64,000 nucleotides of DNA from an uncultured Chloroflexia bacterium (GTDB taxonomy: Bacteria; Chloroflexota; Limnocylindria; Limnocylindrales; CSP1-4), in the NCBI GenBank assembly GCA_963821235.1, contig CAWGCS010000001.1:510751-574750 (forward strand), given 5' to 3'. Below, one piece after another: positions 29,543 through 39,014 of this stretch (positions are counted from its first letter, which is position 1; every line of letters begins with the position of its first letter). The notes beneath the pieces were generated by a model. That model was not told the origin of the DNA and made no database searches. It saw only the letters and a program-made list of their open reading frames with translations. The position numbers and the translations under genes were made by a program.

Positions 29543-30844
29543 ATGCCGGGACCGCCGCCGACGCCCGCCACGAGCCTCGTCCGCCACCCCGACTTCGTGC
29601 GCCTCTGGACGGCCGAGACGATCAGCCAGCTCGGGACGCAGGTCAGCGCGCTCGCCATCCCGTTCGTGGCGATCGACATCCTTGGCGCCTCGACCTTCGA
29701 GGTGGCCCTCCTCAACGTCGTCGACTTTCTGCCCTTCCTCCTCATCGGGTTGCCGGCCGGCGTGTGGGTCGACCGGCTGCGGCGGCGCCCGGTGATGATC
29801 GTCGGGGACCTGGGCCGGGCAGCCGCCCTGGCCACGATCCCGCTGGCCTTCGTGGCCGGCGTCCTGACGGTCGCCCAGCTCTACGTCGTCGGGTTCGTCG
29901 TCGGCACCCTGACGGTCTTCTTCGACGTCGCCTACCAGAGCTACCTCCCCTCGATCGTCGCGCGCGAACAGCTGCAGGAGGGGAACGCCAAGCTCGAGAT
30001 CAGCCGGGCCGGTGCCCAGGTGGTCGGGCCGGGGCTCGCCGGCGTCTTGATCGGGATCGTCCGGGCGCCGTTCGCGGTGGCCCTGGACGCGGCCTCGTTC
30101 GTCGGGTCGGCGCTCTTCCTGTTCCTCATCCGGCGCCCCGAGCCGCCGCCCGAGCCGCGCCACCCGGGCGGGCAGGCCGGGCCGGGGATGCGCCGCGAGA
30201 TCACCGAGGGGCTGCGCTACGTCTTCGGCCACCCGTACCTCAAGAACATCGCCGCCTGCACGGCGATGTCGAACCTCTTCTCCAACGAGGCCGGGGCCGT
30301 GCTCCTCATCTTCGCGATCCGCGAGCTGGGGATGACGGCCGAGACGATCGGCGCCGGCATCTCCATCGGCGCGACGGGGGCGCTCCTGGGGGCCCTGGTG
30401 GCGAACCGGGTCTCGGCGCGCCTGGGCGTGGGGCGGACGATCATCGTCTTCGCCCCGATCGTGGGCCCCGCCCTCCTCCCACTCGCCCTCGCGCCCGTCG
30501 GGACGTCGTCCCTCGTCCTCGTCGCCTTCGTCGCCCTCTTCGGCTTCGTCGGGGGCCTCTCGTCGGTCGTCTACAACGTCGCCCAGGTGAGCCTCCGCCA
30601 GGCGATCACGCCGTCCCGGATGCAGGGCCGGATGAACGCCACGATGCGCTGGTTCGTGTGGGGGACGATCCCCATCGGGGGCCTGCTGGGCGGCGTGCTG
30701 GGCTCGCTGCTCGGCGTGCGGACGGCGATCGTGATCGGGTCGGTCGGGATGACCGCGGCACTCCTGCCCGTCCTCTTCAGCCAGGTCCGCGGGATCCGGG
30801 AGATCCCCGCCCAGGCCGCCGACGAGCCGGCTCTCCGACCCTAG
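29543..30844 (+). CDS. MFS transporter
   Basis: 12-TM topology with an MFS_1-like pattern (GLPAGVWVDRLRRRPVMI). Confidence 0.8.
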   Translation: MPGPPPTPATSLVRHPDFVRLWTAETISQLGTQVSALAIPFVAIDILGASTFEVALLNVVDFLPFLLIGLPAGVWVDRLRRRPVMIVGDLGRAAALATIPLAFVAGVLTVAQLYVVGFVVGTLTVFFDVAYQSYLPSIVAREQLQEGNAKLEISRAGAQVVGPGLAGVLIGIVRAPFAVALDAASFVGSALFLFLIRRPEPPPEPRHPGGQAGPGMRREITEGLRYVFGHPYLKNIAACTAMSNLFSNEAGAVLLIFAIRELGMTAETIGAGISIGATGALLGALVANRVSARLGVGRTIIVFAPIVGPALLPLALAPVGTSSLVLVAFVALFGFVGGLSSVVYNVAQVSLRQAITPSRMQGRMNATMRWFVWGTIPIGGLLGGVLGSLLGVRTAIVIGSVGMTAALLPVLFSQVRGIREIPAQAADEPALRP

Positions 30845-30957
30845 GCGGCTGCCCAGCGAGCCCAACGGAGCGCCGCCCGACGGCTCGTCGTTCGTCCATG
30901 CCGGGCCTGGACGCGAGCCAGTGGGGACGACGGTGGCCGGCCCGCGACCATGCAGCC

Positions 30958-31515
30958 ATGGATGCCGCGTGGACGCACCCCGATCTCTCCCGGGAGGCCG
31001 TCGCCTGGCTCGGCACGACCGGGCCGGACGGGCAGGCAGCGCTCGTCCCCACCTGGTTCGCCTGGGACGGCGAGGCGTTCCTCGTGGCCTCCAAGCCCGG
31101 CGCCCGCAAGGTGCGCAACGTCCTGGCCAACCCGCGGGTCATGGTGGGCGTCGCCGCCGTCGGCACCGGGATGCGGGCCCAGCTCGTGGAGGGCCGGGCG
31201 GAGCTCCTCCAGGCCCCCTCGGCCGAGGCGTTCCGCGGCCTCGACCTGGCGAAGTACGACGCGCTCCTGGCCGCCGACGGCCTGACCTGGGATGGCTACT
31301 TCGCCCGGTACCCGGCGGCGATCCGGATCGTCCCCACCCGCTTCCTGCCGTGGCAGGGGCCCGCGCTGGCACGGGCCGACCTGGCGCCCAAGGCTGGCCG
31401 GAAGGGGATCCGGGCAAGCCTCGCGGAGGCCCTCCGGCGGCTCGACCCGCGACCTGCGGCGAGACCGGTGCCGCGACCGGCGGCGCTCCTGGCCCCGCGG
31501 CCGGCGGCGGCCTAG
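30958..31515 (+). CDS. pyridoxamine 5'-phosphate oxidase family / PPOX-class F420-dependent enzyme
   Basis: Has the PNPOx-like split-barrel N-terminus ([53 protein letters not shown]). Confidence 0.6.
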   Translation: MDAAWTHPDLSREAVAWLGTTGPDGQAALVPTWFAWDGEAFLVASKPGARKVRNVLANPRVMVGVAAVGTGMRAQLVEGRAELLQAPSAEAFRGLDLAKYDALLAADGLTWDGYFARYPAAIRIVPTRFLPWQGPALARADLAPKAGRKGIRASLAEALRRLDPRPAARPVPRPAALLAPRPAAA

Positions 31516-33218
31516 CCTCCGCCCTCCCCCATCGGGATCCGGATCCCGCGCTCGCGAGCGACCTCGTGCGCACGCTCGTAGCCCGCGTCGGCATGGCGGA
31601 TCACGCCCATCCCCGGATCCGTCGTGAGGACCCGCTCCAGCTTCGCCGCCGCCAGGTCCGTCCCGTCAGCCACCACGACCATCCCGGCGTGCTGGCTGTA
31701 CCCGATCCCCACGCCGCCCCCGTGGTGGATGCTCACCCACGTCGCCCCGGCCGCCGTGTTCACGAGAGCGTTGAGGAGCGGCCAGTCGGCCACCGCGTCC
31801 GTCCCATCGGCCATCGCCTCCGTCTCGCGGTTCGGCGAGGCGACCGAGCCCGAGTCCAGGTGGTCGCGACCGATGACGATCGGGGCGCTGACGACCCCCG
31901 AGCGCACCAGCTCGTTGAAGGCGAGGCCGGCCCGCGCCCGCTCGCCATAGCCCAGCCAGCAGATCCGGGCCGGCAGCCCCTGGAACGGCACCCTGGCCTC
32001 GGCCATCTCGATCCAGCGCCGGAGGCCGGCGTCGTCCGGGAAGAGGCGCAGGATCTCCGCGTCGGTCGCCAGGATGTCGGCCGGGTCGCCGGAGAGCGCG
32101 GCCCAGCGGAAGGGGCCTCGCCCCTCGCAGAACTGGGGCCGGATGAAGAGCGGCACGAACCCGGCGAAGTCGAACGCGTTCGCCACCCCCGCCTGCTGGG
32201 CCTGGGCCCGGATGTTGTTGCCGTAGTCGAAGACGACGGCGCCCCGCTCCCCGAAGGCGAGCATCGCCCGGACGTGGGCGGCCATCCCCTCCATCGCCCG
32301 CCGCTGGTAGACGTCCGGCCGGGTGGTCCGCAGGACGAGCGCGTCGGCCAGGGTGATCTCGGGCGGGACGTAGCCGCCGAGGGCGTCGTGGGCCGACGTC
32401 TGGTCCGTGACCGCATCGAAGCGCTCGCCCGACCTCGCCCACGCCGGCGCGATCTCGGCCGCGTTGCCGACGAGGGCGATCGACAGCGGCTCGCCGCGCG
32501 AGGCGGAGTGGCGAGCCATCGCCAGCGCGGCCTCGGGTGAATCGGTGAGATGGTCGACGTAGCCGATCTCGTGCCGGCGGCGGGCCCGCTCCCCGTCGAC
32601 CTCGATGGCGATGCAGACGCCATCGTTCATGGTGACGGCGAGCGGCTGGGCGCCGCCCATCCCACCCAGGCCGGCCGTCAGGACCAGCCGCCCGCGCAGC
32701 GTCCCCCCGAAGTGCTGGCGTGCCAGCTCGGCGAAGGTCTCGAAGGTGCCCTGCAGGATCCCCTGGGTCCCGATGTAGATCCAGGAGCCGGCCGTCATCT
32801 GGCCGTACATCATCAGGCCCTTCCACTCCAGCTCCCGGAAGTGCTCCCAGGTTGCCCAGCGGCCGACGAGGTTCGAGTTGGCGATGAGGACCCGCGGCGC
32901 CCAGGGATGGGTGCGGAAGACGCCGACCGGCTTGCCGGACTGGACGAGCAGCGTCTCGTCGTCGGCGAGGGCGCGCAGCTCGCGGACGATGGCGTCGAAG
33001 GCCGCCCAGGAGCGGACGGCTCGACCCGTGCCGCCGTAGACGACGAGGGCGTCGGGGTTCTCGGCGACCTCGGGGTCGAGGTTGTTCATGAGCATCCGGA
33101 GGACCGCCTCCTGCTGCCAGCCGCGACAGGAGATCTCCGTGCCCCGGGGAGCGCGTACGGGGCGGGCGCCCGGCAGCGGCGGGGCGTCGTGGGCGCCGGG
33201 GGTCGTCGTCATGGCCAC
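31512..33218 (-). CDS. hutU: urocanate hydratase
   Basis: Full-length urocanase with signature regions ([41 protein letters not shown]-binding [12 protein letters not shown]). Confidence 0.95.
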   Translation of the reverse strand: MAMTTTPGAHDAPPLPGARPVRAPRGTEISCRGWQQEAVLRMLMNNLDPEVAENPDALVVYGGTGRAVRSWAAFDAIVRELRALADDETLLVQSGKPVGVFRTHPWAPRVLIANSNLVGRWATWEHFRELEWKGLMMYGQMTAGSWIYIGTQGILQGTFETFAELARQHFGGTLRGRLVLTAGLGGMGGAQPLAVTMNDGVCIAIEVDGERARRRHEIGYVDHLTDSPEAALAMARHSASRGEPLSIALVGNAAEIAPAWARSGERFDAVTDQTSAHDALGGYVPPEITLADALVLRTTRPDVYQRRAMEGMAAHVRAMLAFGERGAVVFDYGNNIRAQAQQAGVANAFDFAGFVPLFIRPQFCEGRGPFRWAALSGDPADILATDAEILRLFPDDAGLRRWIEMAEARVPFQGLPARICWLGYGERARAGLAFNELVRSGVVSAPIVIGRDHLDSGSVASPNRETEAMADGTDAVADWPLLNALVNTAAGATWVSIHHGGGVGIGYSQHAGMVVVADGTDLAAAKLERVLTTDPGMGVIRHADAGYERAHEVARERGIRIPMGEGGG

Positions 33219-33304
33219 AGTGTCGCGCCGCCGAGGTGCGGTGTCACGCCGGCGTGGTGCGGTGTCGCGTCGCCGGGACCCCCCGATCGGCTACCCTCGG
33301 GGCC

Positions 33305-34630
33305 ATGGGAATCCTCGCCGTCCGTCGCTGGGCCGACCTCGACGTCGCGGAGCAGGCCCGCCTCTGCGCCCGCTCGACGGCCGCTGTCTTCGAGCCCGGC
33401 CTGCAGCGCTCGATCGAGGCTCTCTTCGAGGACGTCCGCGCCCGGGGTGACGCCGCCGTCATCGAGGCGACCGAGCGCTTCGACGGCGTCCGGTTCGCCG
33501 CCGAGGACCTCCGAGTCCGGCCCGACGAGCTGGCCGCCGCCCACGAGGCCTGCGACCCGCCGCTCCTGGCGGGGATCCGCGAGGCGATCCGCAACAGCCG
33601 GCTCTTCAACGAGGCCCAGGTCCGGGCGACGGCGAGCGGCTGGCATGAAGAGGTGCGGCCGGGGTTCGTCCTCGGCGAGCAGGTCGCCCCCATCCCCTCC
33701 GCCGGCCTGTACGTCCCGGCCGGCAAGGGCAGCTTCCCGTCCGTCCTGGTCCAGGTCGGGGTGCCGGCGCTCGTGGCCGGCGTGCCCGAGATCGCGGTGC
33801 TCGTGCCGCCCATGCCGGGGACGGGCGCCGTGGACGGCGCCACCCTGGCGACGGCCCGGGAGCTCGGCCTGGCGAACGTCTTCCGGGCGAACGGCCCGGC
33901 CGGGATCGCCGCCCTCACCTTCGGCACGGCGACCCTCCCGCGGGTCCGCAAGATCGTCGGCCCGGGCAGCCCCGCCGTGACCGCCGCGCAGGTGCTGGCC
34001 CAGCGCTTCGGCACGGCGACGAACATGCTCTGCGGCCCGTCCGAGAGCCTCCTCCTCGCCGACGCGACGGCCGATCCGTGGCGCCTCGCCCTGGACCTCG
34101 TCAACGAGGCCGAGCATGGGACGGATTCGGCGGCCCTCGTCATCACCGACGCGCCCGGCCTGGTGGCGTCGCTCGAGGCCGCCGTCGCCGAGCAGGTGGC
34201 CGCGCTTCCGGAGCCGCGCCGCGGCTACGCGAGCGCCGTCCTCGGCGACCTCGGCGGGGTCCTCCTCTTCGACACGATGGACGGCGTCATCGCCTTCGCC
34301 AACGACTACGCGGCGGAGCACGTCCAGGTCGCGACCGCCGACCCGGAGGCGACCCGGCGCCGTCTCCGCTACGCCGGCGAGATCCTGCTCGGCCAGGACA
34401 CGCCGATCGGGGCCAGCAGCTACTCGATCGGGATCCCGGCGACCCTCCCGACCGGCGGCTACGCCCAGCTCAACGGCGGCGTGACGGCCCGCACCTTCCA
34501 GACGACGAGCTCGCTGGCCACGCTGACGCCGGACGCCCTGGCCGGCCTCGCCGGCCCGACGACCGCGCTCGCCGACCACGAGGGTTTCCCGGCCCACGCC
34601 AACGCCTTCCGCGGCCGCGGGCTGGGCTGA
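33305..34630 (+). CDS. histidinol dehydrogenase family protein (HisD paralog)
   Basis: HisD-like motifs are present (AGPSEsLLLADataDp region, NEAEHGTDSAAL, HVQV). Confidence 0.75.
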   Translation: MGILAVRRWADLDVAEQARLCARSTAAVFEPGLQRSIEALFEDVRARGDAAVIEATERFDGVRFAAEDLRVRPDELAAAHEACDPPLLAGIREAIRNSRLFNEAQVRATASGWHEEVRPGFVLGEQVAPIPSAGLYVPAGKGSFPSVLVQVGVPALVAGVPEIAVLVPPMPGTGAVDGATLATARELGLANVFRANGPAGIAALTFGTATLPRVRKIVGPGSPAVTAAQVLAQRFGTATNMLCGPSESLLLADATADPWRLALDLVNEAEHGTDSAALVITDAPGLVASLEAAVAEQVAALPEPRRGYASAVLGDLGGVLLFDTMDGVIAFANDYAAEHVQVATADPEATRRRLRYAGEILLGQDTPIGASSYSIGIPATLPTGGYAQLNGGVTARTFQTTSSLATLTPDALAGLAGPTTALADHEGFPAHANAFRGRGLG

Positions 34631-34633
34631 CCG

Positions 34634-34957
34634 ATGGCGGCGATGGTGACCCCGGACCCCGTCCTCGCGCTTCCCGCCCGGGCGGTCGCCGCGGCCACCG
34701 GAGCCAGCCAGCGCACCGCCCAGCGATGGCGCGCCGGCAGCCGACCCCGCCGACGCACGTACGTAGAGCGGCTGGCCGATCTCGCCGTGGTCGTGGGGAT
34801 CCTCGGCGCGTCGCTGGCCCCGCGGGGGACGGCGGCGTGGCTCACCGCGCCCAACGCCTACCTCGGCTGGGAGCGCCCGGCCGACCTGCTGGCCCGCGGC
34901 GAGACCGAGCGGGTCCGCGGGGCCGCCCTCGCCTACGCCGCGGGCGACGCGACCTGA
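34634..34957 (+). CDS. Xre-like antitoxin of RES-Xre toxin-antitoxin system (DUF2384/MbcA-ParS-like)
   Basis: 107 aa. C-terminal motif GWERPADLLARGETERVRGAALAYAAG is typical of DUF2384 antitoxins. The gene lies immediately upstream of a RES-domain gene. Confidence 0.7.
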   Translation: MAAMVTPDPVLALPARAVAAATGASQRTAQRWRAGSRPRRRTYVERLADLAVVVGILGASLAPRGTAAWLTAPNAYLGWERPADLLARGETERVRGAALAYAAGDAT

Positions 34958-35553
34958 GCGCCCGGCCGCGCCCGCACCCGTCGCCCGGCGTCGCTTCCGG
35001 ACCGCCCCTCGGCCGGTTCGCCGGGCGCATCTACCGGCAGACCGCTCTCCGGGTGCCGGCCTGCACGCCCCCGGCCGAACAGGCGACCCACCCGGGCCGC
35101 TACCACGGGCCCGGCGATCCCTGGCCGCTGTACGCCGCCCTCGACGAGCCGACGGTCTGGGCGGAGTGGGCCCACGCGACGGGCGGTGCCGTGCGCCCCG
35201 AGGACGACCGCCGCTGGCGTTGCGCCTTCGAGGCCGACCTCGCCGTCCTGGACCTCCGCGACGAAGGCACGCGGAGGGCCCTCGGCGTGGCCCTCGACGC
35301 CCTCACCGGCGCGTGGTCGCCGGACCGCCCGAACGGAGCCTGCCGCCGGGTGATGGCGGCCGCGATCGAGGCCGGCGCGGACGCGATCATCGTGCCGTCC
35401 GCGGCGCGGCCGGGCGGCTGGTCGATCGACGTCCTGCCGCGAGCGTTCGGGCGCCTGCGCCTCGTCTCCCGCGAGGAGATGGCCCCGGCCCCGCCGCACG
35501 GCGACCGGCCGAGCACCGAGGTCGGTCAGAGCTCGCGGCGGACCACGGGGTAG
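34954..35553 (+). CDS. RES-domain toxin (MbcT/ParT-like NAD+-targeting toxin)
   Basis: Has the RES signature: GRYHGPGDPWPLYAALDEPTVWAEW (R...E) and the IIVPSAARPGGWSIDVLP S-motif. The N-terminus is unresolved: there is no in-frame ATG or GTG between the antitoxin stop and the conserved core. A CTG overlaps the antitoxin TGA. Confidence 0.65.
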   Translation: MSARPRPHPSPGVASGPPLGRFAGRIYRQTALRVPACTPPAEQATHPGRYHGPGDPWPLYAALDEPTVWAEWAHATGGAVRPEDDRRWRCAFEADLAVLDLRDEGTRRALGVALDALTGAWSPDRPNGACRRVMAAAIEAGADAIIVPSAARPGGWSIDVLPRAFGRLRLVSREEMAPAPPHGDRPSTEVGQSSRRTTG

Positions 35554-36314
35554 CGCTCGTCGTCGACGACGACGGCGAAGCCAGCCTGCTCCCAGAACGC
35601 GGGCGTGGCCGCGGAGGTGGCGTCAGCCTTCTTGCCGACCTCGGGGTAGGCCTCCACGGCGGTGAAGCCACGACCCGCGAGGTCCTCGCAGACGGCTTCG
35701 ACGAGGCGCAGGCCAAGGTTGCGTCCGCGATCGGCGGCCGTGACGGCCACGCAGGTGACGACCGCCGGCAGGGGCGCCCGGGGGAGCTTCGGGTAGAGCT
35801 CGCGCAGCCGCAGGGCGCGCGGATAGGCGGACAGGGGCCCGAACTGCGTGTAGGCGGCCGGTCGCTCGCCGTCCTCGTCCACGACGAGCAGCACCTTCGC
35901 GTAGCTGCCGAAGACCGCCAGGCCGCGCCCGAGGAGCGCGAGCTTCGGCGGCGCCCCGGGACCGACCGCGGGGCGGGCGGCGCGCCTCGGTGCGAACGGG
36001 TTGTCGGCCAGGGCGTCATCGTCCGCGTCGAGCGCGAACGGGTTGAGCGGGGCGGCCCGCTTCGGCGCGAACGGGTTGTCGCGCTCCTCGAGGTCGGCGA
36101 GGAATGGGTTGACGGGGGCACGACGGGCCGGCGACGGGGCGCTCCCGGACCCGGCCTCGCCCATGCGCAGCCAGCTGGCCCGGTGGGCCCTGGAGCCCCG
36201 GTCGGCGTCCTCCCAGTAGTCACAGGTGCGATGATCGAACGTGGCGTCGGCGCACGGGGGCAGGAGGCCGAAGGCCTCGGCGTCGGTCACGTCGACGATG
36301 CGAATCCGATCCAT
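35526..36314 (-). CDS. GNAT-family N-acetyltransferase with internal NPF-repeat insertion
   Basis: GNAT motifs (RGRNLGLRLVEAVCEDLAGRGFTAVEAY). Unusual NPF x4 repeats (VNPFLADLEERDNPFAPKRAAPLNPFALD...DNPFAPRR) are inserted in the middle. The 3' end overlaps the RES gene 3' end by about 28 bp. Confidence 0.55.
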   Translation of the reverse strand: MDRIRIVDVTDAEAFGLLPPCADATFDHRTCDYWEDADRGSRAHRASWLRMGEAGSGSAPSPARRAPVNPFLADLEERDNPFAPKRAAPLNPFALDADDDALADNPFAPRRAARPAVGPGAPPKLALLGRGLAVFGSYAKVLLVVDEDGERPAAYTQFGPLSAYPRALRLRELYPKLPRAPLPAVVTCVAVTAADRGRNLGLRLVEAVCEDLAGRGFTAVEAYPEVGKKADATSAATPAFWEQAGFAVVVDDERYPVVRREL

Positions 36315-36432
36315 GGGCAGAGGGTAGCGCGGCGCCGCGACGGCGCGGGCGCGGTCACGGCGCGGTGGCCACCGCTCCCGGCCGGATCGGGACGCCCGGC
36401 ACTGGCGAATCCGCCGCTCCACGGGCGACGCT

Positions 36433-37134
36433 GTGTCCATGAGCACCGTCGTCGCCACGCCACCGACCCCCCTCGACGCCAGCGAGGATCCCGCATCGGG
36501 CCCGGCCCTGGCCCCGCCGCCCGCCATGTCGAGCCTGGTCCAGGCCCTCAGCGACGCCAGCGTGACCCTCTTCCGCTACGGCAACCGGTACGCGATGGTG
36601 CCGTTCCATCGCGCCGGGCTGGCGGCCTGGCTCGGCACTCCCCTGACCGGCTGGCAGTGCCTGGTCACCACCACGGGCCGCCGCTCCGGCCTGCCGCGCC
36701 ACACGCCGCTGGGCTACATGGTCGCCGACGGCGCGGTGTGGGTCATGGCCGGCTACGGCCCGAAGACGCTGTGGTTCCGGAACCTCCTCGACGAGCCGCG
36801 GACGACGCTCCTGCTCCCCGGCCGGCCGCCGATCGCCACGATCGCCAGCGAGGAGCGCGACCCGAGCGTCCGGGCCCGGATCCTGCCGCCCCTCGTGCGG
36901 TCGATGAAGCTGCCCGGGTCGTTGATCGGGAGCTACCCCCCGGCCACCAGCGACGAGCGGATCCTCGAGCTGGTGGCATGGATTCCCCTCGTCCGCCTCG
37001 AGGCGGCGGACGGAGCGCCGATCGCGGCCGGCCCGGACGATCCCGGTGGGCTGGGCTGGACCTGGCGCCAGGCGCTGGCCGTGGGAGCCACGCTCCTCGG
37101 TTGCCGGGCCCTCTGGCGCGCCGTCCGTCGCTGA
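36433..37134 (+). CDS. deazaflavin (F420H2)-dependent nitroreductase family protein (DDN/DUF385)
   Basis: Core motif TTTGRRSGLPRHTPLGYMVADGAVWVMAGYGPKTLWFRNL matches the DDN split-barrel family. Confidence 0.7.
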   Translation: MSMSTVVATPPTPLDASEDPASGPALAPPPAMSSLVQALSDASVTLFRYGNRYAMVPFHRAGLAAWLGTPLTGWQCLVTTTGRRSGLPRHTPLGYMVADGAVWVMAGYGPKTLWFRNLLDEPRTTLLLPGRPPIATIASEERDPSVRARILPPLVRSMKLPGSLIGSYPPATSDERILELVAWIPLVRLEAADGAPIAAGPDDPGGLGWTWRQALAVGATLLGCRALWRAVRR

Positions 37135-37254
37135 CGGCGGCGGCACCGCGCTCCGTTCGTCACGCCTGACAGTGCGCCGCGGCGCACGGTCAGGCCGGGC
37201 ACGCGCGAGAGCGAACCCGCGAGGCAGCACCGGCGCCCGGAGCCCGCGAGCCGG

Positions 37255-38940
37255 TCAGGCCTCGACGAGGTCGGCCAGCGCGCCGGCGTGGACGAGGTGG
37301 GTGACCGCCGCGATGTCGCCGCCCATCTCGCGGTCGTCGTCGAGGGCCGGCACGACGGCCCGGATCCGGCGGTGGGCCTCCGCCACCCCGGCTCCCGGCG
37401 CCGGCGCCTCGGAGGCGGGGAGGCCGAGGGCGGCCGCCACGGCAGCCCGCCGCAGGTCGAGCGCCTGCGCCCCGACGAGCAGCTCGAGGGCCACGATGCT
37501 CTCCACGCCGTCGAGGACCTGCCGGGCGTGGCGTGCCGCCGTCGCGCCCATCGAGACGTGGTCCTCCTGGTTGGCGGAGGTCGGGATGGAGTCGACGGAC
37601 GACGGGTGGGCCAGGACCTTGTTCTCGGACGCCAGGGCTGCCGCCGTGTACTGCAGGAGCATCATCCCCGAGTTGAGGCCCGGAGCCGGCGCCAGGAAGG
37701 CGGGCAGGCCGCCATTGAGGCGCGCGTCGAGCAGGAGGGCGATGCGCCGCTCGCTGATCGCTCCCAGCTCGGCGAGGGCGAGCTTGGCGAAGTCGAGGGC
37801 CAGCGCGATCGGCTCGCCGTGGAAGTTGCCGCCGGAGATCACGAGCCCGCCGCCGGTCGCGGCCGTCCCCGTGTCGGCGACGCCGCCCTCCGGGAAGACG
37901 AGCGGGTTGTCGGTCGCCGCGTTCATCTCCACGTCGAGGACCCGCCGGAGGTGATCGAGGGCGTCGCGCACGGCGCCGTGGACCTGCGGCACGCAGCGGA
38001 GGGAATACGGGTCCTGGACCTTGTGCGACGAGGCGTGGTGGTGGGCCATGAGCCCGGAATCGCGCAGGACGTGACGCATCTCGGCGGCGACCGCGACCTG
38101 CCCGGGATGCGGACGGGCGAGCTGGTACGCCGCGGCGTAGGCAACGTCGGTCCCGAGGAACGCCTCCAGCGACTGGCCGGCCGCGAGGGACGCCGTGCGG
38201 GCCAGCCGGTCCGCGTCGGCCAGCAGCAGCGCCCCGAAGGCGCTCATGAGCTGGGTCCCGTTGAGGAGCGCCAGCCCCTCCTTCGCCTCGAGGACGAGCG
38301 GCTGCAGGCCCATCTCGCGGAGGGCCAGCAGGGCCGGCATCAGGCGGCCGTCCAGCTCCACCTCGCCCCGGCCGATGAGGGGCAGCGCGAGGTGGGCCAG
38401 CGGCGCCAGGTCTCCCGATGCGCCCACGCTCCCCTGCGCCGGCACGGCCGGGTGGATGCCGAGCTCGAGGAATTGCAGGAGGCGATCGACGATCTCCGGC
38501 CGGCAGCCCGAATGGCCGAGGGCCAGCGTGTTCGCCCGCAGCAGCAGCATGGCCCGCACGACGTCGCGCGGCAGCGGCGGGCCCACGCCGACGGCGTGGC
38601 TGGCCAGGAGGTTCTCCTGGAGGCGGCGCGCGTCGGCGGGCGGGATGAACGTCGTCGCCAGGTCGCCGAACCCGGTCGTGATGCCGTACACGATCTCGCC
38701 CGCCGCGACGAGGCGCTCGACGACGGCCCGAGCCTCGTTCATCCGCGCCCGGGCATGGCGGTCGAGGGAGGCCCGGGCGCCGCCGCGGGCCACCGCCTCG
38801 ACGGCCGCGATCGTCAGGTCGGCGCCCGTCAGCACGACCACGTCGCGCTCCGCGTCCGGCGCGGGAAGACCCGGCTCGAACTGCGGCCCGCTCGCGTGGT
38901 CGACGGGCGGGACGGTCGGCTCAGTCACGCCGCCGAGCAT
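37255..38940 (-). CDS. hutH: histidine ammonia-lyase
   Basis: Carries the ASG triad for the MIO prosthetic group (SVGASGDLAPLAHL) and HAL motifs (GGNFHGEPIALALD, SANQEDHVSMG). Confidence 0.9.
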   Translation of the reverse strand: MLGGVTEPTVPPVDHASGPQFEPGLPAPDAERDVVVLTGADLTIAAVEAVARGGARASLDRHARARMNEARAVVERLVAAGEIVYGITTGFGDLATTFIPPADARRLQENLLASHAVGVGPPLPRDVVRAMLLLRANTLALGHSGCRPEIVDRLLQFLELGIHPAVPAQGSVGASGDLAPLAHLALPLIGRGEVELDGRLMPALLALREMGLQPLVLEAKEGLALLNGTQLMSAFGALLLADADRLARTASLAAGQSLEAFLGTDVAYAAAYQLARPHPGQVAVAAEMRHVLRDSGLMAHHHASSHKVQDPYSLRCVPQVHGAVRDALDHLRRVLDVEMNAATDNPLVFPEGGVADTGTAATGGGLVISGGNFHGEPIALALDFAKLALAELGAISERRIALLLDARLNGGLPAFLAPAPGLNSGMMLLQYTAAALASENKVLAHPSSVDSIPTSANQEDHVSMGATAARHARQVLDGVESIVALELLVGAQALDLRRAAVAAALGLPASEAPAPGAGVAEAHRRIRAVVPALDDDREMGGDIAAVTHLVHAGALADLVEA

Positions 38941-39014
38941 AGCCCCGCGGGACCACGCTCGACCGGACGATCGGCGGGAGGTCGCGCGTCGCCGCCTCGC
39001 GTATCCTCCGGGCA

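Noticed and set aside
28543-29544. ATG at 29544 as the formimidoyltransferase start
   Set aside because: It would overlap head-on with the divergent MFS transporter start codon at 29543. The GTG at 29502 gives the canonical VESVPNVSEGR N-terminus.
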